Positions 16,181-24,724 of a stretch of 31,205 nucleotides of DNA are shown here, piece after piece. Position 1 is the first letter of the stretch. Each line of letters starts with the position of its first letter. Made by a program: the position numbers and the translations under genes. Below the pieces are notes generated by a model. The model was not told the origin of the DNA. It saw only the letters and a program-made list of their open reading frames with translations, and ran no database searches. Origin of the DNA: a virus (taxonomy: Duplodnaviria > Caudoviricetes); IMG/VR virus record IMGVR_UViG_3300032247_000312, positions 1-31,205 of that record; one strand, given 5' to 3'.

Positions 16181-17437
16181 TTACCTTGCTGGAAATGGTG
16201 CTGGAGTTAATTTAGCCGATATTTCTTGAAGAATTGGAACTACCTTTTCGCCATTGAAGCTATAAATTGATGATTCTCCAGGCTTTGCTGGACGGAATTG
16301 ATCGCCTCCGGCAGCAGTCATTGTAGTTGTGCCTGCGCGTATAGTCTGAATTTTAGAGTTGAAATCATCAAGAGATCCTTTGATTTTTTCTTGTGGAGAT
16401 GCGCCAACTGATTTGAACAACATCGGCCCAAATTTCAGAGGATTGGCAGCAGCCAATTGAAGCGCAAACATAAAACCTTGAAATCTTTTATTAGCAAATG
16501 ACAGTGATGCTTGTAGTCCTATTAAAACAGAATCTCCAATTAACGTGCCAATTGCGCTTGCTGTTTCTGCAAGTTTTGAGCTGTCACCTTGAATTGCTAA
16601 AGCGATTGATGCGCCAACAACTTGACCAAGTTGCGTGGCCTTTGCTGACATTATAGGAAAGACCGCTTCCAGCGCAGCAGGTAATCCATTAAATCCTTCG
16701 GAGAATGGTTTTGCGAAGCTCTCGATTACCTGCCCGAGTGAAACTTTAATTTTCTCGGATGTCTTGGCAACCGCTTCTGATTGTCCGCTGACTTGGCGAT
16801 TGATCGCGCCGATGATTTCAGCGAATGCTTTTCCCTTGTCGCCTGTTCGAACGAATTCGCCGCCGATGCGCTCGATATCTGCACGAGTCAAGGCGCCAGT
16901 CTTCTTGAGTGCTGTCAGTCCTTTCTCTGGATCGCTGAGAGCCTTGCCGAGCTGCACTGCATAGCCTGTAGCATCGCCACCAAAAAGCACTGACATGTCC
17001 AGCGCAGCCTTGGTGACTTGATCGAATAGACCTCCGGTCTGATCGGCAGTTTTGCCAATGTCCTCGAACGACATGACGATTGCCTGCGTTGATGCAATCA
17101 GATCGTCATCGACTCCAATCTTGCGAGCGGTTGCGTCGGCCACATCGAGCAGACGGTTTGCGACGACATCAGCCTGGTTGCCGAACAGGCCCATCGTTTG
17201 CACCACGTTCTTCAGCTTGGCATCACTTGCCCGGCCTTCCTCGCCGATCGAGTTGAGGCGATATCCTGCATAGGCAACTGCGCCTGCTGCTGCGGTAAAT
17301 GCTGCACCAATTGCTGCGCCTGCTTTTGTAATCGCGCCGAGTGGACTCTTGATGCTATTTATCGTCCCCTTTACGCTCGACATCGTCTTGTCGAATTGCG
17401 AGGCATCACCTTTGATTTTGACGGTTAATCCGGCCAT
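16181..17437 (-). CDS. Tape measure protein (418 aa)
   Basis: LTVKIKGDASQF start, Ala/Gly-rich helices and QLGKALSDP motif. Follows the frameshifted chaperone. Confidence 0.85.
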   Translation of the reverse strand: MAGLTVKIKGDASQFDKTMSSVKGTINSIKSPLGAITKAGAAIGAAFTAAAGAVAYAGYRLNSIGEEGRASDAKLKNVVQTMGLFGNQADVVANRLLDVADATARKIGVDDDLIASTQAIVMSFEDIGKTADQTGGLFDQVTKAALDMSVLFGGDATGYAVQLGKALSDPEKGLTALKKTGALTRADIERIGGEFVRTGDKGKAFAEIIGAINRQVSGQSEAVAKTSEKIKVSLGQVIESFAKPFSEGFNGLPAALEAVFPIMSAKATQLGQVVGASIALAIQGDSSKLAETASAIGTLIGDSVLIGLQASLSFANKRFQGFMFALQLAAANPLKFGPMLFKSVGASPQEKIKGSLDDFNSKIQTIRAGTTTMTAAGGDQFRPAKPGESSIYSFNGEKVVPILQEISAKLTPAPFPAR

Positions 17438-17439
17438 AC

Positions 17440-17679
17440 TTATCCGATGATGTCAACGGAGTTCATGATTTTGGCGATTCGATCAGCAAGTGGTTCGATG
17501 TCAGTCTCGACCTCATAACGCTTGCGGAATACCTTAATGCCTCGACGATGCAGTAGAGCGTGGATCAGTTGAGTGGTTTGGTCGATCGGTATGCTAGCGA
17601 TGGTTTCGATGCTCCAGCCATATTCTGACGCCAGCATGTCGACCATGCATGACCAGTCTCCGGCTGGGTCTCCATTTAC
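17440..17679 (-). CDS. -1 frame extension of tail assembly chaperone (GT-like product, about 200 aa total)
   Basis: Open -1 frame after the slippery site: VNGDPAGDWSCMVDMLASEYGWSIETIASIP... Confidence 0.8.
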   Translation of the reverse strand, partial: VNGDPAGDWSCMVDMLASEYGWSIETIASIPIDQTTQLIHALLHRRGIKVFRKRYEVETDIEPLADRIAKIMNSVDIIG

Positions 17680-18041
17680 TTTCCCGGCTGACTTGCCACC
17701 TCAACGGCTGAGAGATTGCGGCGTTCGATGACTCGGTTGATGTAGTCCATGACCAGGACAAAGTCTCCCTCAGAGATAGCAAGGATCTCAGCTTCAAAGT
17801 GAGCTGATGCGTCTGGCGATTGCAAGATCTTCGCAGCCTCAAATGGCGGTCGTCCAGCAGCGATAAGATAGGCGCCAATGGCATAATGGTCCGGTGCATC
17901 GCCGCCAATGCGTTTGAGCGCGGTCGATACGGATGCCGAGATGCGTTCGGAGAATGGTTTGAGGTCTACCATCTTGCCATTAATCTCGATGGATGGTGGT
18001 GTGTCTGTCCACGCTTCTTCTGTGTCGATGTTATTTGTCAT
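17676..18041 (-). CDS. Tail assembly chaperone (G-like)
   Basis: Ends in G-GGA-AAG-TAA (PGK*), upstream of the tape measure gene. Confidence 0.8.
   Translation of the reverse strand: MTNNIDTEEAWTDTPPSIEINGKMVDLKPFSERISASVSTALKRIGGDAPDHYAIGAYLIAAGRPPFEAAKILQSPDASAHFEAEILAISEGDFVLVMDYINRVIERRNLSAVEVASQPGK
17679..17685 (-). other. Programmed -1 frameshift slippery heptamer GGGAAAG
   Basis: Same heptamer as the lambda G/T site, in the correct phase, immediately before the stop. Confidence 0.85.
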
Positions 18042-18727
18042 TTTCGGAAAAGGATGCGCTCGATTTGATCGAGCTGCTTCTTGGGAATGTGCTTGCCGAT
18101 CATAGCAACTCTGCCGCGATGCTCGACGCGAGCGAACTGGATGTCCTTCATGGCCACTGTCATCGCTTCATGGCCCAACAGAGCGCCTTTGAGATAGGCG
18201 ATGGATGAGTCTGGCAGACGCTCGTAGAGTTTCTCGTCGTCGTATAGCAGCGCGTCAGTTGCCGCAGCTTCTGGGAAGCACCATGTCGTCACCTTCTCAT
18301 TGCGTAGCCAACCGATGATCGGATGACCAAGCGCCTGCATGACCGCGGCCTTTCGCGTGTTCGTAATTCGGCAGGCTGCGCCGAAGTGCAGTGGGAATCC
18401 GCGGTTTTGTTTGATCGCCAGGACAAGGTGATCGAAGAGCGCAAATGCGCTTTTGCAGAGAGTCAGTGGGTGACTTGGGTTTGCCAGAATCCACTTCGGA
18501 TCGCTCCAGTATTTTGCAATCAGCTTCGGACTGTTCCCGCATGGCGACGATTGCTCGAAATGCCAAGTTACTCGGATGCCATCGATCCCATCGCCGACAG
18601 CAGTCGAGTATGGATTGCTCGCGTGCAGCGGCACATCAAACGCGTAAATGGTTGCTGCCAAGCGTGGGTTGTCCACCTCGGCAGAGCTTCCGTCAATTGA
18701 CGTGAAGCCGAATCTTGGAATGATCAT
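18038..18727 (-). CDS. Hypothetical protein with internal duplicated domain (229 aa)
   Basis: VDNPRLAATIYAFDVPL...RVTWHF versus ITNTRKAAVMQALGHPI...VTTWCF. Confidence 0.6.
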   Translation of the reverse strand: MIIPRFGFTSIDGSSAEVDNPRLAATIYAFDVPLHASNPYSTAVGDGIDGIRVTWHFEQSSPCGNSPKLIAKYWSDPKWILANPSHPLTLCKSAFALFDHLVLAIKQNRGFPLHFGAACRITNTRKAAVMQALGHPIIGWLRNEKVTTWCFPEAAATDALLYDDEKLYERLPDSSIAYLKGALLGHEAMTVAMKDIQFARVEHRGRVAMIGKHIPKKQLDQIERILFRK

Positions 18728-18742
18728 ATTGGAATAGTTTCA

Positions 18743-19120
18743 TCAGGCGGTGATGAGCGGATGATTCATCGCGGTGATGTCCAGTTTTTGGAAATCCTCG
18801 CTTGTATGGCTGCGAGTCACCGAGTCCACAATCGTGATGGTGCCGACAGTTCCCTTGAGATAGTCAGTTGGAGCAGTTACCAAAGTGATTGTTGCCGCTA
18901 GTGATCCAGAGTATGCGCTGGAATCTGGAACGAATCCAGACAAGGAAACCTCGATTCGCTCGTCGTAGAATGTCTTGCCGATTGTATCGCCGGTGACATT
19001 GCGAACTACTTTGGATTCTTGGCTATAAGCGTAGGTGGCAGTGTCTGCCAAGATGCCAGTTTCAGCAGCAGTGATGCCGAAAACTCCCTTTGATCCAGTC
19101 GCGCCAAATTGTGTAGCCAT
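18743..19120 (-). CDS. Major tail (tube) protein (125 aa, start MATQFG)
   Basis: Position after the tail terminator, T/S/G-rich beta composition and a TTGACATC box 15 nt upstream. Confidence 0.65.
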   Translation of the reverse strand: MATQFGATGSKGVFGITAAETGILADTATYAYSQESKVVRNVTGDTIGKTFYDERIEVSLSGFVPDSSAYSGSLAATITLVTAPTDYLKGTVGTITIVDSVTRSHTSEDFQKLDITAMNHPLITA

Positions 19121-19137
19121 ACGCTTGTGCTGAGATG

Positions 19138-19542
19138 TCAAATTCGCATGACGAGACACTCAGCGGTGTATTGAGTCTCCATGATCGAGTCATCCCAGCT
19201 TGTCGTTGCGCCTTGGAAATCCCAGAATTGAATCAAGATGCCATCAGTGCATGATTCCTTTATCACGCTTGGATCGTTGAGCAAAGTCTCGATCTGATCT
19301 TGCCATGATCCAACGTCTGAATCTCCTTCATCACCAGCATGGCAGCGCAGCGTGATATTGATGTTGACTTTCAGAACGCCTGGCAAAGCGACTGCATACC
19401 GCTCCGACGATGCAGCTCCGACACTCAGGCATGGCAATTCGATCTCAGCGCGTTGAGTTTCTCCAACGATTGAGATTTGATCCGATGGCGAAACATCGTT
19501 GAGATATGCAATGAGATTGTTTTCGAGTCGTTCAGTTGTCAT
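19138..19542 (-). CDS. Tail terminator-like protein
   Basis: Position, size and ELPCLSV motif. Confidence 0.55.
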   Translation of the reverse strand: MTTERLENNLIAYLNDVSPSDQISIVGETQRAEIELPCLSVGAASSERYAVALPGVLKVNINITLRCHAGDEGDSDVGSWQDQIETLLNDPSVIKESCTDGILIQFWDFQGATTSWDDSIMETQYTAECLVMRI

Positions 19543-20192
19543 TTTACCTTGTTGAGTGCGGTTTGCATGCGCTTGATGTTCTTTCGATATGCGGTTGTGA
19601 GCGCCTTGTTGATATCTGAATCCGACATGGCGCTGACGATGAATGTGATTTGATTGGTTAGGTAAATGACGATACCGGATGCCGTTTGATCAATTTTTGA
19701 TGATCCACGTTTAACATGCCGACGAATCCATTTTGGGATTCCAGAGATCTTCTTTCCGTCGAGACTTTCTCCTGCGTTGATCCACGCACCTTTGCTTAGT
19801 CCTGCATTGATTGACTTCTGCTTTGCCAATTCAAATCGATCAGCAAGCTCGATTGGTGATCGCTTAAATTGTCCTCCAGTTGTGAGTGCGCGAGATACTT
19901 GTCCTCTTGAGTTTCTGCGAGCTTGGTGCGCTTGTGATGCGTTTTGAGATCCACCGGAAATGTTCGCGTTCTTGATTGCCCGGTGAACCTGCGATTGAAT
20001 TGATGCTTCAAATTTCTTCCCAATCTTTGCCGATACTCCAAATGGTTGAACGCGAATGGCAAGTTCCTTAGATGATAGTTTGCCAAGATCAATCATAGCA
20101 TCGCGTTCAGTCTTGCCAATCTTGCGCTCGTATTCAGCGATCTGACGCTTAAACAAAGCAGCGGACTTGGGTGTGATCGTCGCCGAGATCAT
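19539..20192 (-). CDS. Neck / tail-completion protein (basic)
   Basis: Position between head closure and terminator genes, K/R-rich. Confidence 0.5.
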   Translation of the reverse strand: MISATITPKSAALFKRQIAEYERKIGKTERDAMIDLGKLSSKELAIRVQPFGVSAKIGKKFEASIQSQVHRAIKNANISGGSQNASQAHQARRNSRGQVSRALTTGGQFKRSPIELADRFELAKQKSINAGLSKGAWINAGESLDGKKISGIPKWIRRHVKRGSSKIDQTASGIVIYLTNQITFIVSAMSDSDINKALTTAYRKNIKRMQTALNKVK

Positions 20193-20506
20193 GTCGATTC
20201 ATTTGGATCTGCCAGAGTAAACGAGATCGCCACCTTGCCAGTTGAGACTTCCGCGATGCGATACGAGACTCCGTCGATCGTGCATCGTTTCTGAAGAAGC
20301 GATTTTGGATTGGTCACATCAGCAGGCTGTGCAATAGCCACACCTTCAACGTCAGATTCAAGACCACCGAGAGCACCCTTGTAGGATTTGCGCTCGTCAT
20401 TCATTACCACTTGGAATGTCTGACCTGCGCAGATCATGGTTGATGTTCCGAATGCGGAATCAACTTCATCATTCCCGGATAACAGGAAATCATCGACGAT
20501 GCTCAT
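20189..20506 (-). CDS. Head-tail joining (head closure, gpFII-like) protein
   Basis: Size, position and CTIDGVSYRI motif. Confidence 0.6.
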   Translation of the reverse strand: MSIVDDFLLSGNDEVDSAFGTSTMICAGQTFQVVMNDERKSYKGALGGLESDVEGVAIAQPADVTNPKSLLQKRCTIDGVSYRIAEVSTGKVAISFTLADPNEST

Positions 20507-20521
20507 GCACCTAGCATGATG

Positions 20522-21070
20522 TCAACCTTCTGGCGCCGCGGTAGTGCCGGCATCGTGCGTGTAGCGATGCAAGATCTTGGGAATGTGGATCTCGGATGAG
20601 ACTCGTCTCCTTGCCTGATTACACCAGACGAGATCTTCGCCATAGTTTGATTCGCCGAACATACAGGTATCGACTAAATCGCGCCTCCATGCGCAGACGT
20701 GCCACGCTCCACGCTCAGTGATGCCGCCCGGGTTGAAAACTCTGTCTTGATTTTTCAACCTAAAATGAACGGTTGAGATCAGTCCGTTGTAGATTGCTTT
20801 TTGCTGGAACGTGATGACATCCGGCCTTTGCTCGATCGCCTTCAGAAGCTGTGGAATGTATTCCGGCGTCACATCATCGTCATCATCCATGAATGCGATG
20901 TATTGGCCGCGAGCAATATCAACAAGCGCCTGCCGTTTTGCGCCGATCGACCGCTTTCGATTGTCGCAGAAAATTAAATGTTCGACGTCTGGATGATCAA
21001 ATTTCTCGGTGAGCTTTTCGGCCTGCGCCAACCGACTAGGAATCGATGGGGTAAGAATTGAGAGTTTCAT
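20522..21070 (-). CDS. GT2/GT-A glycosyltransferase (182 aa)
   Basis: LSILTPS, SIGAKRQ, ARGQYIAFMDDDD (DxD) and GED motifs. Confidence 0.85.
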   Translation of the reverse strand: MKLSILTPSIPSRLAQAEKLTEKFDHPDVEHLIFCDNRKRSIGAKRQALVDIARGQYIAFMDDDDDVTPEYIPQLLKAIEQRPDVITFQQKAIYNGLISTVHFRLKNQDRVFNPGGITERGAWHVCAWRRDLVDTCMFGESNYGEDLVWCNQARRRVSSEIHIPKILHRYTHDAGTTAAPEG

Positions 21071-23289
21071 TTGCTGATATTTTTGATCCAGACGCGACCG
21101 ATTTTATTGATTTTGCATCCATCCACGGCTGCGTATTCATCGACGGCTTTTTTAACGTCATCAAATGGGTAATCGTGGCCACTGAAAATGCCGTTTGGTT
21201 TCACCTTCGACTTCCATGCCGTGATGTCTTTGGCTACCGAGTCATAGTCGTGCGCTGCATCGATGAAGACCACATCGCATGATTCGTCTGGAAAGATTGA
21301 TGCTGATTCTGCGCTGTCGCCCTCGATGATCTCGATCATGTGATCGACCTTGGCATCGGCAATGTTGCGCTTGAATTCACCAAGGATCGACCCGCCGTGT
21401 GACTCGACGATTGCGATGTGTCCCTGCTGGTAGAGTTCGCCTTTAAATGTGTCGATGCAGGTGACCTTTACCGTCTTGCCGAGGTTTTGAATTTCTTGGC
21501 AGAAATGGATGATGCTTTGACCCATCCAAGATCCAATCTCGACGAAGGTGCCGCCATCTGGAATTGCCTTTGCGATCGCAGAGTAGAACGCCTTGTAGTC
21601 GCACCACCCAGGAACATCAGATGCGATCTTCACTTCATTCTTGAGTCGATCGAGAATCGCTTTGCCACGCTCGTAGTTCTCGTCGGAATTGGATCTAGCA
21701 TAGGTTTCATCCATCTCTCCGACACCGAATGCCGGGTGATGATGCGTGAATGTAATGAAATCGCTCGCGTCGATCACCACATTGTCGCGATAGGCGCAAT
21801 GCGTGAACCAGTTGTCGGAATACATGCTAAAGAATTCTGGGTGGAATAGATAGCCTTGGTCCTCGTATCGCTTGCGAGTCACGATCGCCATGCAGAGCAG
21901 CTTGTCTTTCCGGTGACCATCGCTGACTGCAAGAACCGACGAGATTTCTGTCTGCCCAATAGCATCGATAATCGCTTTGTCCCATCCGGGGAATGCCTCG
22001 AAATCATCCGACATTTGCACCAGCACCTTTCCTTTGGAAAATTTTGCTGCAAGATTCCATGCCGCGACAGGTCCAGCGGATTCGCCGACGATTACGCTCT
22101 TGGCCATGCATAGCATTGCCGATTCCTCATCATCTGCATCGACCGCAAAAATATGTTCAATGGAATCTGGATCGCTTGCCATGCGCAGCCAGTCCATGCG
22201 CTGACGCCATGCGAGTGCCGGCCTTCCGCGAGTGGCATGTAAGAGTGAAATCTTGGCGCCGCTTTGGATGAAATGGTTGTCTTGTAGCGCATCAGCCTCG
22301 GCATCGCGTCCATTGCGCCGTAGTGCCATGCTGCGTAGGCTTTTACCTAGGTGGCCGTAATATGTGCGCCTGAGATTCCAAGGCGCCTCCTGTGGCAGTT
22401 TGAACGCAAGCATGGCCTCAGTCCATCCCAGCGCAGCAGTAGGATCGTCTGGTACGGATGCCAGTCCGAGTTCGCCGTATGCTTCTGGCCGAGTTGGATC
22501 GGTGGCGAGCGCCTGGAGGAGCATCGACTTCTTGACCGCAGGATCGCTGGCGAGTCGTGCGAGTTGGAAAAATGCCTCGTATCGTTCATTTTTTCCAGTG
22601 TCTTGTAGCTGCGCAAATTCCAATGCTGCCGTGATCGCCTCGGCATTGCGATCGAGCGCAATCAGACTTTGGAAGATGTGGAATTTTTGGGAGATCGTTC
22701 GGTCTTCTGGCGCGATAGATTCCAAAATCCTCAAGTTGCGCTCGTCCCTAGCTGCGGATCTCTTCTCTGATTCGTGCGTAATCTTCGCCGAATCGAATCG
22801 AATGAGCTTTGATTCCTCAGAGAATTTCAGACATTCATGAATCGGATGTTCCCACTTGGCAGTTCCTCGACGCCAGATCCGTTCGCGCCAGTTGATGACG
22901 CCGTCCTCCGGTACAACGTATGGCATCAGAACGCCATCAATCTCCTTGCCATCCAGATTCTTGAGCAGCAAATGAATCTGCTGGATTGAATCGGCATCGA
23001 TCATGTCGTCGGTATCGGCCCACATGACCCACGGTTTTGTTGCCATTTGAGTCGCTTGATTCCGAGCTGCGCCGAAGTCATCGACGTGCGGCCAGTCGAT
23101 CTTGTTCGTGTATCGCTGGACATTGCAGCCGGCATCTAAGCAGATCTGCTCAGTCTGATCTGGCTCACGATTGCCTGGAGCAATCACCACGTTGATTTCG
23201 CTGGCGAGTGGCGAGAAGTAGGCCAGAAACCTACGGATCACGCTTTCCGAATTGCCTGCAATTATGCAGAGGCTGAGTTCATTTTGCAT
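21067..23289 (-). CDS. Multidomain GT2 - TPR - GT-A - SAM methyltransferase protein (740 aa, start MQNELS)
   Basis: GT2: LSLCII, DDFGAARN, WADTDD, RERIWR, HPIHE. TPR: DPTRPEAYGELG. Second GT: SLLHATRGRP, VDADD, AAWN, MSDD, YSDN, HHHP. Methyltransferase: VEIGSWMGQS, FIDAAHDY, GHDY. Confidence 0.85.
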   Translation of the reverse strand: MQNELSLCIIAGNSESVIRRFLAYFSPLASEINVVIAPGNREPDQTEQICLDAGCNVQRYTNKIDWPHVDDFGAARNQATQMATKPWVMWADTDDMIDADSIQQIHLLLKNLDGKEIDGVLMPYVVPEDGVINWRERIWRRGTAKWEHPIHECLKFSEESKLIRFDSAKITHESEKRSAARDERNLRILESIAPEDRTISQKFHIFQSLIALDRNAEAITAALEFAQLQDTGKNERYEAFFQLARLASDPAVKKSMLLQALATDPTRPEAYGELGLASVPDDPTAALGWTEAMLAFKLPQEAPWNLRRTYYGHLGKSLRSMALRRNGRDAEADALQDNHFIQSGAKISLLHATRGRPALAWRQRMDWLRMASDPDSIEHIFAVDADDEESAMLCMAKSVIVGESAGPVAAWNLAAKFSKGKVLVQMSDDFEAFPGWDKAIIDAIGQTEISSVLAVSDGHRKDKLLCMAIVTRKRYEDQGYLFHPEFFSMYSDNWFTHCAYRDNVVIDASDFITFTHHHPAFGVGEMDETYARSNSDENYERGKAILDRLKNEVKIASDVPGWCDYKAFYSAIAKAIPDGGTFVEIGSWMGQSIIHFCQEIQNLGKTVKVTCIDTFKGELYQQGHIAIVESHGGSILGEFKRNIADAKVDHMIEIIEGDSAESASIFPDESCDVVFIDAAHDYDSVAKDITAWKSKVKPNGIFSGHDYPFDDVKKAVDEYAAVDGCKINKIGRVWIKNISK

Positions 23290-23308
23290 CTGCCAATTCG
23301 CAGATGTC

Positions 23309-23343
23309 AAAAATCCCACCCCGGATTGCTCCGAGATGGGATT
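23309..23343 (-). terminator. Rho-independent terminator after the capsid gene
   Basis: AATCCCATCTCGGA-GCAA-TCCGGGGTGGGATT followed by TTT, with a GNRA loop and G-U pairs on the - strand. Confidence 0.8.
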
Positions 23344-23371
23344 GATGCCAGAACCAATACCAGGGAGAATC

Positions 23372-24259
23372 TTATGGCTTAGTGCCAAGGACCAAGCCGA
23401 GAGTCAAGCCAGTGGCGACACCGTAGAAGCACTCAAATGCTCCGTAGTGAATGCCCTTGGCTGGGTCGAAGCTGCGACGATAGCCCATCGTGATGCCGTT
23501 CGGCGCGCTGACCTGCTCGGCTGCGAGATACATCGAAGTATCTTGCGGAGCGAGATAGCGCATTGCCAAGTTGATCGAGTCAGGGTGAGCAGCGAACGAG
23601 ACAAGCGAGGTCGAAGCAGTTGGAAGGATGTTGGTTTCGTAAGTATCGAATCCAACGAGCTTGCCAAGCGAACCGGTGCGAACAGCAGTGTTGTCACCGA
23701 GTGCATAGGCTTGCAAGACGTTGGAAGATCCAAGAAGTGCAGCGCCTACCACTGGGTTGAAGAAGCAGCTCACCATGTCGAGAGGGACATTGTTGAGGGA
23801 AAGTTGCTTACGGAATGCGATGATCTGAGCAAGCGTGTAGTTTGCCTCAGAAGTGGTCACCGATGCAGCACCATAGTTGCTTGTGGTGATGACCTTCCAG
23901 ATGTTTTCAAGAACCTTTGCAGCAAGTGCGCGGCCTGCTTGAGCAGCAATTGCGTCGAAACGTGCGCCGGACGAGTTGGCAACTTGGATGTCAGTCAGGT
24001 CCATCGTAACGATGTTGTGCTGATTCAAGCTGACCGTGTTGCTAGTCACTGCGCCGCCGCCAGTTTGATAGTTGGCAGTAGTTGCGTTGAAGGTTGTCGC
24101 AGTGAGCGCCGAGATAAACGGAACAACGATTGCATCGCCTTTATTGCGAGCTTCGCTGCTGATGTTGCGCGAGAATGCGCTGATTGGTGACAATGCAGCA
24201 TTGAAAGCATTGAGTGCTTCTTGCGCAAAGATCGTATCGTTGAATGAAACTGTAGCCAT
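23372..24259 (-). CDS. Major capsid protein (295 aa)
   Basis: Position after the scaffold, KGDAIVVP and GSLGKLVGFDTYE HK97-fold motifs, followed by a terminator. Confidence 0.85.
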   Translation of the reverse strand: MATVSFNDTIFAQEALNAFNAALSPISAFSRNISSEARNKGDAIVVPFISALTATTFNATTANYQTGGGAVTSNTVSLNQHNIVTMDLTDIQVANSSGARFDAIAAQAGRALAAKVLENIWKVITTSNYGAASVTTSEANYTLAQIIAFRKQLSLNNVPLDMVSCFFNPVVGAALLGSSNVLQAYALGDNTAVRTGSLGKLVGFDTYETNILPTASTSLVSFAAHPDSINLAMRYLAPQDTSMYLAAEQVSAPNGITMGYRRSFDPAKGIHYGAFECFYGVATGLTLGLVLGTKP

Positions 24260-24271
24260 TGTATTTGTTAG

Positions 24272-24724
24272 TTAGAGACTGAGAATTTTTGAGCGGTTTT
24301 TGCTATAATAGTCCGAGCGATCCTCGGGTGAGAGCTTCGACATGATAGCGAAGTGATCCACTTCAGCGGTTGTCTCGGTTGCGATCTCCTCGATGTGAGT
24401 TGGGTGACCAGTTGCAGAGAGCAAACGAGATGCTTCTAGTGAAATTTTTTCAGTAGATGCTTCCGACTTTTCAGTCAGTTCGGTGATGCTGACTTCTTGC
24501 TCGGCGATTTTTTTCTCGGCTTCTTTCATAGCTTCAGTCTTTTCGTCGAGTTCAGCTTTTGCTGAAATGAGTTCAGTCACCGCATTTTGCAACTCGGTTT
24601 CAACCATCGCAAATTTTGCGGTGGCTTCGGAAATTGATGCTTCAAGCGATTTGATCTCGCTATCTTTTGCTTCAATCTTGGAAGCAAGTTCTGCGTTTGG
24701 CAAAAGTTTGTCGAGGATGCTCAT
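24272..24724 (-). CDS. Internal in-frame scaffolding protein (150 aa, MSILDK...), lambda Nu3-like
   Basis: Coiled-coil acidic C-terminal part of the protease ORF, with its own TTGACAT box 17 nt before the ATG. Confidence 0.7.
   Translation of the reverse strand: MSILDKLLPNAELASKIEAKDSEIKSLEASISEATAKFAMVETELQNAVTELISAKAELDEKTEAMKEAEKKIAEQEVSITELTEKSEASTEKISLEASRLLSATGHPTHIEEIATETTAEVDHFAIMSKLSPEDRSDYYSKNRSKILSL

Noticed and set aside
23290-23388. ORF-track N-terminal extensions (e.g. 23388, 2925, 837, 1060, 9371, 19159, 4715)
   Set aside because: They overlap upstream genes or a terminator. Downstream ATGs with ATGA overlaps, late boxes or domain starts fit better.
23252-24190. 312-aa + strand ORF and the other + strand ORFs in the track
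   Set aside because: They are antisense shadows of well-supported - strand genes, with no recognisable motifs.
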